A stretch of 41,616 nucleotides of DNA, taken from assembly GCA_037442785.1 (NCBI GenBank), contig JBBIPQ010000004.1, positions 1 through 41,616 of the forward strand, read 5' to 3'. The notes beneath the pieces were generated by a model, which was not told the origin of the DNA, ran no database searches, and saw nothing but the letters and a program-made list of their open reading frames with translations. Made by a program: the position numbers and the translations under genes. Below are positions 17,078 to 26,239 of the stretch, piece by piece. The DNA comes from Nitrospirota bacterium. Its GTDB lineage: Bacteria; Nitrospirota; Thermodesulfovibrionia; Thermodesulfovibrionales; UBA9159. Numbering within the stretch: the first letter of the stretch is position 1; the number at the start of each line of letters is the position of its first letter.

Positions 17078-18523
17078 ATGACATTAGAGGGACTGAAGAG
17101 GATAGATGAAACAAGGTTAGAGGTCCCTGTGGGTTACAGGGCTGGTATGAGGGTCAGGGGCATAATCTTTGTGGATGATCTCCTTGAAAAAGAACTGGAG
17201 AAACAGTCAATCGATCAGGTTGCCAATGTGGCAACCCTCCCTGGTATAGTGGGGGCATCCCTGGCAATGCCAGATATTCACACCGGCTATGGGTTTGCGA
17301 TAGGGGGAGTGGCAGCCTTTGATCTTAAGGAAGGTATCATCTCGCCAGGAGGTGTTGGTTATGATATAAATTGAGGGGTCAGACTCCTCAGGAGCAACCT
17401 CACCAGGGAAGATGTTGCTCCGAGGATTAAGGACCTCGTCGGGGTCCTTTACAATGAGATACCATCGGGTGTTGGCTCAAAGGGAAAGATACGTCTTGAT
17501 CCAGACAGTGAAAGAAGGCTATTGATTAAGGGTGCAAGATGGGCTGTTGAGCAAGGCTATGGAGAACCCTCGGACCTTGAAAAGATCGAGTCAGGGGGCT
17601 GTATAGAAGGGGCTGATCCCTCCCTCATAAGCAATAAGGCTTACGAGAGGGGAAGGGCACAACAGGGCACACTCGGATCAGGGAATCACTTCTTAGAGAT
17701 ACAGTATGTTGAGGAGATATACGATGAAAAGATTGCCACTGCCCTTGGACTTTTCAGAAATCAGGTAACCATAATGATCCATACAGGTTCAAGGGGGTTT
17801 GGACACCAGGTCTGCACAGACTTCCTTGAGGTAATGGAAAGGGCAGTAACAAAGTACAATATCTCCCTTCCTGATAAGGAGCTTGCCTGCGCCCCCTTTG
17901 GAAGCCCTGAGGCTCAGGATTATCTGTCTGCCATGAGGGCTGCGGCAAATTATGCCTGGGCAAACAGGCAGTGCATCATGCACTGGACGAGGGAGGCCTT
18001 TTTAAAGGTATTCAGTGCTACTCCGAGGGAGCTTGGGATGTCCCTTATCTATGATGTGGCTCACAATATAGCAAAGATCGAGGAGCATGATATCGATGGG
18101 AAAAGGATGAAACTCATTGTTCATAGAAAAGGGGCAACAAGGGCATTTCCGCCAGGACATCCTGAACTTCCTGACATTTATAAGCCAGTAGGACAGCCTG
18201 TCCTTATCCCTGGTGACATGGGGAGGGCCTCATATGTCCTTATTGGGACAGATAGGGCAATGGAGGAGACCTTTGGCTCAACCTGTCATGGTGCTGGACG
18301 GGTCATGTCAAGGCATCAGGCCATTAGACAGGCAAAAGGGAGGGCCATATGGAGAGAAATGGAGGATAGAGGCATAATCGTGAGGTCAGCAGGGAGGGAG
18401 ACCCTTGCAGAGGAGATGTCAGAGGCGTACAAGGATATCTCAAATGTGGTTGATGTGGTTCACAGGGCTGGCATATCAAAGAAGTTGGCAAAGCTGAGGC
18501 CAATGGGCGTTATTAAGGGTTGA
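17078..18523 (+). CDS. rtcB: RNA-splicing ligase RtcB, with in-frame TGA (17372..17374) at the conserved metal-binding Cys; candidate selenoprotein
   Basis: ORFs 17069..17374 and 17522..18523 are in the same frame (offset 453 nt). The intervening 49 codons are stop-free and read [37 protein letters not shown], which is RtcB-like. The sequence around the stop is [17 protein letters not shown], versus the conserved GYDINCGVRL. The C-terminal part carries RtcB His motifs ([20 protein letters not shown]). GGGAGG SD lies 8 nt before ATG 17078. Confidence 0.8.
17385..17426 (+). promoter_or_regulatory. Candidate bacterial SECIS hairpin downstream of the RtcB TGA
   Basis: 5' arm 17385..17398 (tcctcaggagcaac) pairs with 3' arm 17414..17426 (gttgctccgagga), giving 13 bp with a single bulged A at 17390. 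The 15-nt loop ctcaccagggaagat contains GGG. The stem starts 10-11 nt after the TGA and the loop starts about 24 nt after it. Confidence 0.5.
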
Positions 18524-18552
18524 TATAAATCATAGATTGAGAATTATCCTCA

Positions 18553-18561
18553 TGGTAACAT
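18553..18561 (+). promoter_or_regulatory. Weaker extended -10 (TGgTAACAT) 6 nt upstream of the rseC-like ATG
   Basis: TG 18553..18554, TAACAT 18556..18561, spacer TATTTT, ATG 18568. No SD. Confidence 0.3.
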
Positions 18562-18567
18562 TATTTT

Positions 18568-19029
18568 ATGAAGCCTTCAATACCCGAAACAGGAACTGTA
18601 ATCAGGATCAACAATGGTCTGGCCACTGTTATGCTTGATGGTGGTGAATCATGCAAGAACTGCAGTGCTGGAAAACTCGGTATCTGCAAGCCCTCGGGCA
18701 ATGTATCAATTATAACTGCTGAGGTTACAGAGAGAATAAATCCTGGTGATTCTGTTAGGATCATTCTTGATAGATCTGCTCAGTCAAAGGGGATGGTTCT
18801 TGCCTTTATAGTTCCTTTGTTTTCATTGTTTGTTGGTACATTTCTGGGTTATATAATGAGTACAAAGGCATCAATACCCTATTTCGAGGTCATAACAGGC
18901 TTCACATTTTTTTTTGTAGCTTCCCTGTTGACACTGAAAAGGCTTAAAAGGATGGATTCCACTGTCAGGCTTTCCTTGAAGAAGATCAGTGATTCAGGAT
19001 TCTCAGATGAGATAGTAAGCCCTGATTAG
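18568..19029 (+). CDS. RseC/MucC-family protein (SoxR-reducing system RseC-like)
   Basis: 153 aa. N-terminal soluble domain with a C..C......C cluster (ESCKNCSAGKLGICK), followed by two TM helices, as in RseC. Confidence 0.7.
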   Translation: MKPSIPETGTVIRINNGLATVMLDGGESCKNCSAGKLGICKPSGNVSIITAEVTERINPGDSVRIILDRSAQSKGMVLAFIVPLFSLFVGTFLGYIMSTKASIPYFEVITGFTFFFVASLLTLKRLKRMDSTVRLSLKKISDSGFSDEIVSPD

Positions 19030-19727
19030 GGGTTGCGATTGAGGATCACATAGGTGGCACCGAGGCCACCGTCTTTGTCTCTTGCAGTGGCGTAAGCAAT
19101 GATATATCTCTTGAACTTGCCCTGAAGCCATTTTGCGAGGGCTGCCTTTAGCACAGGCCCTTTCGGAGACCTGAGCCCCCTTCCATGTATTATCTTTACA
19201 CAGGAAAGCCCCTTGCTTATGGAGTTTCTCAGAAATCTTGCTATCTCTGCCTCAGCCTCTGATAGGGTCATGCCATGGAGGTCTATGTAGTCCTGGATAG
19301 AAAAATCACCCCTGTGAAGTCTCTCGCAGAGGTCTTTCCTTGACCCTGTATTTACCCATTCCATGTATTCTCCTGTATCAGATAGCCTGATCGATGTATT
19401 CCCTGTCACAATGGACATCAGGAGTTCCCTTACCTCTTCTACTTCATCCTTTTTCTTTTTCTCTGCAAGTTCAATCTTTTTCTTTCTAATAGTGGTCTCT
19501 CTAAACTCCTTTATCTCCCTTACATCTGCCATGGCCATCTTGAAGATTTCCTCATCAGAGAGTTTCTCGTAATAGGGGTCCACTGAAGCTCTTTGAAGGA
19601 TTTCAGAAAATTCTATTTGTGCAGAATCCTGTTTTGAAGATCTCAATGAAAGGGATTGATCCAGATAATCTTTCAATTTTTTAAAGGAATTGAGCGTTAC
19701 CGATGCCTTTTTTGTGGCTGCACTCAT
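19026..19727 (-). CDS. Smr (MutS2-related small) domain protein
   Basis: 233 aa. The C-terminal Smr domain reads IDLHGMTLSEAEAEIARFL...VKIIHGRGLRSPKGPVLK. Convergent 4-nt overlap with the rseC-like gene. Confidence 0.8.
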   Translation of the reverse strand: MSAATKKASVTLNSFKKLKDYLDQSLSLRSSKQDSAQIEFSEILQRASVDPYYEKLSDEEIFKMAMADVREIKEFRETTIRKKKIELAEKKKKDEVEEVRELLMSIVTGNTSIRLSDTGEYMEWVNTGSRKDLCERLHRGDFSIQDYIDLHGMTLSEAEAEIARFLRNSISKGLSCVKIIHGRGLRSPKGPVLKAALAKWLQGKFKRYIIAYATARDKDGGLGATYVILNRNP

Positions 19728-19981
19728 ATTGCAAATCCCCTAAAATAATCATATCAGAAAGTGTATATACAAAACAATCCGTTCAGAACCCCCTTGCCTC
19801 ATGTAAAAATCTACATTTCATTTCGTGAAGCAGTCCCTAATAGGCAACTTTTGAAGAAGAAATCAAAGATTATCTGTTCCCTGTCTTTTGTCTGACTTCT
19901 TAATCGGGTAACGGTTCATTTCGTTTAGGATTTTGATGAGGCAATTCGAATTTTCTCTGTTGCTCTATTGATCTATTGTTG

Positions 19982-19990
19982 TGATATAAT
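19982..19990 (+). promoter_or_regulatory. Extended -10 TGaTATAAT 7 nt upstream of the fur-family ATG; candidate leaderless promoter
   Basis: TG 19982..19983, TATAAT 19985..19990, spacer CTGAAAA, ATG 19998. No SD. Confidence 0.5.
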
Positions 19991-19997
19991 CTGAAAA

Positions 19998-20438
19998 ATG
20001 AAGGTATTAAAGGAAGAGGCAAGAAAGAGATTCTATGAATACATAAAGAAACAAGGTCTCAGAAACACCAGACAAAGGGAAGAGATCCTTGATGCCTTTC
20101 TGTCATCAGGAGGTCATATCACTCTAGATGAGATCTTCGAGCGTGTCAAGAAAAAGGACTCATCCATTGGTTATGCCACTGTTCACAGAAACCTCGCCCT
20201 TCTTCTGGATTCTGGCCTTGCAGAAGAGATAAAGGTTGGTAAAGGCAAGACCAGATACGAACAGATGCATATGAGGAAGCATCATGATCATCTCATATGT
20301 CTAAGGTGTGGAAGATTCATTGAGGTAATGGATGAAAACATAGAGAGGCTTCAGGATAAACTGGCAAGGGATAATGATTTCGAACCTGTAAGGCATAAGT
20401 TAGAGATCTATGGTTATTGTAAGGATTGTCGCGATTGA
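19998..20438 (+). CDS. Fur-family metalloregulator (Fur/Zur/PerR type)
   Basis: 146 aa. Winged helix (GYATVHRNL), HHDHLICLRCG and C-terminal CKDC structural Zn motifs. Confidence 0.85.
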   Translation: MKVLKEEARKRFYEYIKKQGLRNTRQREEILDAFLSSGGHITLDEIFERVKKKDSSIGYATVHRNLALLLDSGLAEEIKVGKGKTRYEQMHMRKHHDHLICLRCGRFIEVMDENIERLQDKLARDNDFEPVRHKLEIYGYCKDCRD

Positions 20439-20451
20439 TTAGGATTCCAGA

Positions 20452-21858
20452 GTGACCAGATTTCCCAGCCCCGGCTATAGCATAACCATCCGCCTTGAGA
20501 TAGAAAACAGGATAGGCATGTTCTCTCGAATCGCAAATGCTATCAGTGAGACAGGGGGAGACCTTGGTTCAATAGACATTGTAAGGGTAGAGCGTGGAAA
20601 GATCATAAGGGATATAACTGTTAATGCCCGTGATGAGGCCCATGAGAGGGAGATAGTAAACTCGGTAAGGAAGATCGAGGGCATCCGGGTTCTGAGGGTA
20701 ATGGACAGGACATTTTCTGTCCATGAAGGGGGAAAGATCGAGATTCACAATAAGGTGCCCCTTAGAAACAGGGATGACCTCTCAAAGGTATATACACCAG
20801 GGGTTGCAAGGGTTTGCAGAGATATTCAGGAACACAGAAACCATGCCTACAGGTACACCATTAAGGGAAATTCCGTAGCTATCGTAACCGATGGATCAGC
20901 AGTCCTTGGTCTCGGTGATATAGGGCCCGAGGCATCCCTGCCTGTCATGGAAGGAAAGGCGATGATATTCAAGGAATTCGCAGACATAGATGCCTTTCCA
21001 ATTGCATTGAACACAAAGGACACAGAGGAGATAATCCAAACAGTAAAGAATCTTTCGCCCGCATTTGGCGGGATAAACTTAGAGGACATCTCCGCACCAA
21101 GGTGCTTTGAGATCGAATCGAGATTGAGGAAGGAACTGAACATACCTGTAATACATGATGACCAGCATGGAACTGCGGTTGTTGTGCTCGCTGCCCTTAT
21201 AAATATTGGAAGGCTGCTGAAAAAAGATATAAAGAAGTTTAAAATCGTTGTGGCTGGTGCCGGAGCAGCCGGGACAGCAACAACAAAGATGCTTATTTCC
21301 TACGGGATTAAGGATGTCACTGTCTGTGACAGAGATGGTACTATCTATGCCAGGAGGAAAAAGAACATGAATCCCTATAAGAGGGAACTTGCAAGGATCA
21401 CAAATCCATCAGGGATAAGGGGGAGCATATCTGAGGCCATGAAGGGAGCCAATGTTTTTATAGGTCTTTCGGCCCCAAACATAATAACAATCGAAGATAT
21501 AAAGGCTATGTCAAGGGATGCTGTTTTATTTGTCCTTGCTAACCCAGAGCCCGAGATACCACCTGAAGAGGCCCTTCCCATTGTAAGGGTTCTTGCAACA
21601 GGAAGGTCAGACTATCCGAACCAGATAAACAATATGCTCAGCTTCCCTGGCATCTTTCGAGGTCTCCTTGATGTGAGGGCAAGGGGTGTGAATGAAGAGA
21701 TCAAGTCTGCTGCTGCCCGTGCAATCGCATACACGCTTACGGATGATGACCTTAATGAGGACTATATAATACCCAGCGGGTTTGATAGAAGGGTAGTCAA
21801 TGCTGTTGCCCATGAGGTGGCAGAGGCTGCAAAGGCAACGGGATTACTGAGGCCGTGA
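20452..21858 (+). CDS. NAD(P)-dependent malic enzyme with N-terminal ACT domain
   Basis: 468 aa, GTG start (start uncertain). Malic enzyme motifs: VYTPGVA, VAIVTDGSAVLGLGDIGP, GGINLEDI, VVAGAGAAG. Confidence 0.88.
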   Translation: MTRFPSPGYSITIRLEIENRIGMFSRIANAISETGGDLGSIDIVRVERGKIIRDITVNARDEAHEREIVNSVRKIEGIRVLRVMDRTFSVHEGGKIEIHNKVPLRNRDDLSKVYTPGVARVCRDIQEHRNHAYRYTIKGNSVAIVTDGSAVLGLGDIGPEASLPVMEGKAMIFKEFADIDAFPIALNTKDTEEIIQTVKNLSPAFGGINLEDISAPRCFEIESRLRKELNIPVIHDDQHGTAVVVLAALINIGRLLKKDIKKFKIVVAGAGAAGTATTKMLISYGIKDVTVCDRDGTIYARRKKNMNPYKRELARITNPSGIRGSISEAMKGANVFIGLSAPNIITIEDIKAMSRDAVLFVLANPEPEIPPEEALPIVRVLATGRSDYPNQINNMLSFPGIFRGLLDVRARGVNEEIKSAAARAIAYTLTDDDLNEDYIIPSGFDRRVVNAVAHEVAEAAKATGLLRP

Positions 21859-21948
21859 TTAGTTGACCCTGATCCATGTCTCGTGATCCGCTTAACGGAC
21901 AAAGGAAAAGAGAACCGATAATATATTCAGCATGATAAGGATTCTTAT

Positions 21949-23460
21949 ATGAACAAGTGGCTTGTTGCAATAACAGTGATGCTTCCAACCCTTATCGAGA
22001 TAATTGACACCTCTGTTGTCAACGTTGCCCTTGGCCACATAAGAGGAAGTCTTTCAGCTGGTATTGACGAGTCCACATGGACAATAACCTCTTACCTCGT
22101 ATCAAATGCTATAATTATCCCTATGACCGGGTGGCTCAGCCGGGTCATAGGCAGAAAAAGGTATCTTATCTTCTCCATATCCCTCTTTACCCTGAGTTCT
22201 TTCCTCTGCGGTTCTGCCTGGGATCTCCAGAGCCTTATATTCTTCAGGGTTCTTCAGGGTATTGGTGGCGGTGCCCTTCAACCCCTCTCACAGGCCATAC
22301 TGCTTGAGACATTTCCACCCCATCAGCACGGTATAGCCATGGCTATATTCGGTATAGGTATAATGTTTGGTCCAATAATCGGTCCTCTCCTTGGAGGATG
22401 GATAACTGATAACTGGTCATGGCACTGGATATTCTTTATAAATGTCCCTATAGGTATTGTTTCCATACTTATGGTCATATTCTTTATAATCGACCCACCA
22501 TATATGAAGAAGATAAAGATGAAGATAGATTACTGGGGGCTTATCCTTCTTGCCATCGGTCTCGGTTGCCTCCAAGTGGTGCTTGATAAGGGTCAGATGG
22601 AGGACTGGTTTTCATCAAGGTTTATAACAACCCTGACAGTTATATCGGTTCTCTCACTTTCATTGTTTGTCATTATTGAGCTTTACTTTGCAAGGCAGCC
22701 TGTAGTAAATCTGAGGGCATTTAAGAACATCTCCTTTGCAACAGGTAATATTGTTATGTTCTTTGCCTTCTTCAACCTCTTCGGGAGCATAGTCCTTCTC
22801 CCTATCTACCTTCAGACCCTTATGGGCTATACCGCAACACTGGCAGGTCTTGTGCTCGGCCCTGGAGGCTTTGCAACACTCTTTGCGATGCCTGTTGCTG
22901 GGAGGCTCGTTACTAAGGTGAATCCAAAGGCACTCCTTGCCTTTGGCATAATAGTGGCTTCGTACTCTACCCATCTCATGTCAGGTTTCAATCTCAATGC
23001 TGATTTTATCACTGTCAGTATACCAAGGATCGTCCTTGGTATTGGCATGGGATTCCTCTTTATACCCCTTACCACGCTCACAATGGCTGGCATAAGAAAA
23101 GAGGATATGGGGAATGCCACGGCGATATATAATCTGCTGAGAAACCTTGGGGGGAGTTTCGGTGTTGCCTTTGTTACTACAATGATTGCAAGAAGGGCGC
23201 AGTTCCATCAATTAAGGCTTGTGGAAAACCTCACACCCCTTGATAGTATCTATCAATGGGCAAGTGAGAGGGCATCAGAACTGCTTCAGTTAAGGGGACT
23301 TCCTCCTTCCTTATCAGAGATAACCGGACAGGGCCTTATCTATAGAAACCTCCTGAGAGAGGCATCCATGATATCCTTTAATGATGCATTCCATCTTCTC
23401 AGTATCTTAATGATACTCGTCTTACCACTTATATTACTGATGAGGCATAAGCATGGATGA
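21949..23460 (+). CDS. MFS transporter, DHA2 (EmrB/QacA) 14-TMS drug:H+ antiporter family
   Basis: 503 aa. The N-terminus LIEIIDTSVVNVALGHIRGSL matches the EmrB-type motif. 14 hydrophobic segments. Confidence 0.85.
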   Translation: MNKWLVAITVMLPTLIEIIDTSVVNVALGHIRGSLSAGIDESTWTITSYLVSNAIIIPMTGWLSRVIGRKRYLIFSISLFTLSSFLCGSAWDLQSLIFFRVLQGIGGGALQPLSQAILLETFPPHQHGIAMAIFGIGIMFGPIIGPLLGGWITDNWSWHWIFFINVPIGIVSILMVIFFIIDPPYMKKIKMKIDYWGLILLAIGLGCLQVVLDKGQMEDWFSSRFITTLTVISVLSLSLFVIIELYFARQPVVNLRAFKNISFATGNIVMFFAFFNLFGSIVLLPIYLQTLMGYTATLAGLVLGPGGFATLFAMPVAGRLVTKVNPKALLAFGIIVASYSTHLMSGFNLNADFITVSIPRIVLGIGMGFLFIPLTTLTMAGIRKEDMGNATAIYNLLRNLGGSFGVAFVTTMIARRAQFHQLRLVENLTPLDSIYQWASERASELLQLRGLPPSLSEITGQGLIYRNLLREASMISFNDAFHLLSILMILVLPLILLMRHKHG

Positions 23461-23507
23461 TGGATCTGGCTCAAGGCTATTGGCTGTTGGGTGATAGGGG
23501 ATAGGGG

Positions 23508-24113
23508 ATGTATATGGGAAATTGGGAAAATATAATCTACACCTTTATACCAATCTTTGTTGCCATAGATATATTTGCAATTGTCCCTATCTTTGTGGCA
23601 ATGACAGAGGGTTTATCCCAGAAGAAGGTTAGGTCAGTAGAGAGAGAATCTGTTATTACTGCCTTTGCCGTAGGGATGGTCTTTATTGCCCTTGGAGAAG
23701 GGATATTCAGTATCCTGGGTATTACTACCGATGATTTTAAGATTGCCGGCGGGATAATATTACTGATCCTTGCTATCCTCGATTTAACGGGTTACACAAA
23801 GCTGCGGAAACAATCAAAGGGTACAGGCGTAGTCCCTCTTGGGGTACCATTAATCGTTGGGCCCGCTGTGCTCACAACAATGCTCGTCCTTGTTGACCAT
23901 TATGGCGTAATTCCAACGATCATATCCTTCATAACGAATCTCTTTATAGTATGGCTATCCCTGAGGGCATCATCAAGGCTAATGAACATCTTTGGCCGTG
24001 GCGGGATTACCGCTGTATCAAAGATAATGGCCCTCCTTCTTGCCTCAATAGCTGTGATGATGATAAGGATCGGGATCCTCAATATTGTCAATTTGACATT
24101 ACCTAACCCTTAA
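23508..24113 (+). CDS. MarC-family (UPF0056) integral membrane protein
   Basis: 201 aa with six TM segments and a MarC-like N-terminus. The start may be ATG 23514. Confidence 0.75.
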   Translation: MYMGNWENIIYTFIPIFVAIDIFAIVPIFVAMTEGLSQKKVRSVERESVITAFAVGMVFIALGEGIFSILGITTDDFKIAGGIILLILAILDLTGYTKLRKQSKGTGVVPLGVPLIVGPAVLTTMLVLVDHYGVIPTIISFITNLFIVWLSLRASSRLMNIFGRGGITAVSKIMALLLASIAVMMIRIGILNIVNLTLPNP

Positions 24114-24124
24114 TAGTAAATTTG

Positions 24125-25423
24125 ATGGTGTCTAATAATATGAAGGGATCAGCAGTAACTGAACAGATACGTAGAAGGCTATGCATCCTCTATTTTATTG
24201 TCACATTCGTGCTTGTTAGCCTTCTTTTACTTAATATGAGACATCTCTATAAACCAGCAAATGAATTCCTTGATTTTCTTCCAGAATTATCGATCACTGT
24301 GATTATAATCTCTAACCTTTTCCTCGCCATAGCAGGTTTTTATCTCTCTGCTGTGCTCTCCAAACAGGTCCTTAGAAGGATTGATGATTACAGCAACAGA
24401 CTTAACAGTATACTGACTGTTATGAAGAGTATAAGGGAGGAGGTCCACAGTGATCTTCTCCTTGAAAAGATACTGGACTATTGCATATCCCTTACGAGAT
24501 CCGAGGCGGGAGTCCTGATGCTTAATGAGGGTGGCAGTCTCGTGATCAAAGCAACTAAGGGGGTAGGGGAAATGAAGGGAAGGACAGTCAGCGGAAAGAG
24601 AGGGGCATGTTTGTGGAGCTTACGATTGGGAGAGCCTGTTATCATTAATGATGTAACTGCTGATGATAGGTATAATCCTGATGTGGATTTAATGATCGGT
24701 ACTGAAAGTAGTGGTTCTATTCTCTGTATCCCTTTAAAGACAAAGAAAGGTCACCTGGGCGTGATTGAGGTTATGAACAGGTCCAGAGAGGCCTATGGCG
24801 AGGCTGACATTGAGATAATTAAATACCTTGCTGATCAGGCTGCAATATCCATTGAACGGGCAAGTTTCTATGAAGATCAGAAAAATTTTGAGATTCACAT
24901 AACAGACATCCTCCTTGACACTATCGACAGGTTTCTGCCTGAAAAACAGGGGCATTCGAGAAGGGTGGCAAAGTATGCGAACATGATTGCAAGGGCACTC
25001 GATCTTCCTGATGAAAGAAGGAGAAGACTTTATATGGCGAGTCTGCTCCATGATATAGGGTTTCTCAGTATACCCTATGAAAGGTCATTCGAAAGGGAAT
25101 ACTATACCCTCCATCCTATAACAGGTTATGAGATGCTGAGACCTATTAGCTTTTACAGTGATATTGCCCCTCATATTCTCTACCATCACGAGAGATACGA
25201 TGGTGGCGGCTATCCAGAAAACAGAAAGGCAGAGGAGATACCCCTCGAATCGAGGATAATTGCTATTGCTGAGGCCTTTGATTCGATGGTTAGCAAGATC
25301 ACCTATAAATCTCGCCGTAGTATGGATGAGGCCATAGATGAATTGATTGTGAACAGGGGCAAGCAGTTCGACCCTGAACTTGTTGATATCTTTGTAAAGA
25401 ATATCAGAGAACCCCTCGAATAA
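24125..25423 (+). CDS. Membrane-anchored GAF + HD-GYP domain protein (putative c-di-GMP phosphodiesterase)
   Basis: About 432 aa. Two N-terminal TM helices, a GAF-like middle domain and a C-terminal HD...HHERYDGGGYP motif. The ORF track begins at TTG 24122, and I prefer ATG 24125. Confidence 0.85.
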   Translation: MVSNNMKGSAVTEQIRRRLCILYFIVTFVLVSLLLLNMRHLYKPANEFLDFLPELSITVIIISNLFLAIAGFYLSAVLSKQVLRRIDDYSNRLNSILTVMKSIREEVHSDLLLEKILDYCISLTRSEAGVLMLNEGGSLVIKATKGVGEMKGRTVSGKRGACLWSLRLGEPVIINDVTADDRYNPDVDLMIGTESSGSILCIPLKTKKGHLGVIEVMNRSREAYGEADIEIIKYLADQAAISIERASFYEDQKNFEIHITDILLDTIDRFLPEKQGHSRRVAKYANMIARALDLPDERRRRLYMASLLHDIGFLSIPYERSFEREYYTLHPITGYEMLRPISFYSDIAPHILYHHERYDGGGYPENRKAEEIPLESRIIAIAEAFDSMVSKITYKSRRSMDEAIDELIVNRGKQFDPELVDIFVKNIREPLE

Positions 25424-25441
25424 CACACCAGGTTTTTAAGC

Positions 25442-26239
25442 ATGTATCGGGATATATTAAATCGGATAAGGGATCGGCTCCTGAAAGGCATAAAGGAGAT
25501 AAAGGCGTCCGCTGACTTTCGGCAGTCCCTTGGAAAGGGCGCTGCGGGAGATAAGACCTATCCTGTTGACAGGTTTGCGGAAGATATAATAATCTCGGAG
25601 TTTGAGTCATCAGGGGAAGGATTCACAATCATATCAGAGGAATACGGGATAATGGATATCAGGGGAGGTGGTAAAAGGGTTTTAATAGATCCTATAGATG
25701 GCAGTAAAAATGCAATATCAGGGATACCTTTTTTCTGTTCCTCTATTGCTATTGCCGATGGAGACGACATCGGAAGCATTGAGACAGCCTGTGTAATAAA
25801 TCTTATCAATGGTGACGAGTTCCTTGCTGAAAGGGGAAAGGGAGCCTATCTAAATAACGAAAGGATCTGGACCCAGGAGGATGATAAATTTTATTTAATT
25901 GCCTATGAGGCACAGTCTCCAGGAAAGGACATCCCCAGGATATTACCACTCCTGTCAGCTGCCCATAAGACAAGGTGCCTCGGGGCAACAGCCCTTGACC
26001 TTGCCTATCTCGCAAGGGGCTCTATCAGTGTGTTTGTTAATCCATCCCTATCAAGGAGCTTTGACTTCGCAGGGGGTTACCTCCTCGTCAGGGAGGCTGG
26101 GGGTATATTCACCGATATTGAGGGCAAATCAGTTGAGGGGATCGAGATAGGCCTGAAAAAGAGTGCGCCCCTTCTGGCATCTGCGAATATTGAACTACAT
26201 CAGAAGGCACTAAGATTGTTGAAAGGAGTTTCAGAATGA
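25442..26239 (+). CDS. Inositol monophosphatase family protein (IMPase/FBPase-type)
   Basis: 265 aa. Motifs: ISEE, LIDPIDGSKN, GATALDLAYLARG. Confidence 0.8.
   Translation: MYRDILNRIRDRLLKGIKEIKASADFRQSLGKGAAGDKTYPVDRFAEDIIISEFESSGEGFTIISEEYGIMDIRGGGKRVLIDPIDGSKNAISGIPFFCSSIAIADGDDIGSIETACVINLINGDEFLAERGKGAYLNNERIWTQEDDKFYLIAYEAQSPGKDIPRILPLLSAAHKTRCLGATALDLAYLARGSISVFVNPSLSRSFDFAGGYLLVREAGGIFTDIEGKSVEGIEIGLKKSAPLLASANIELHQKALRLLKGVSE

Noticed and set aside
17069-18523. Reading the two RtcB ORFs as a split gene or a nonsense pseudogene
   Set aside because: There is a single stop only, exactly at the invariant Cys codon. The 49 codons between the fragments are stop-free and conserved-looking, with no frameshift. 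The downstream fragment would need a TTG start with no SD. A strong hairpin lies at SECIS distance. A pseudogene or sequencing error cannot be fully excluded without reads and sel genes.
19740-19762. Fur-box-like AT-rich sequence (aaataatcatatc) in the smr/fur divergent region
   Set aside because: It matches only about half of the 19-bp GATAATGATAATCATTATC consensus and has no dyad partner. It cannot be told apart from AT-rich background.
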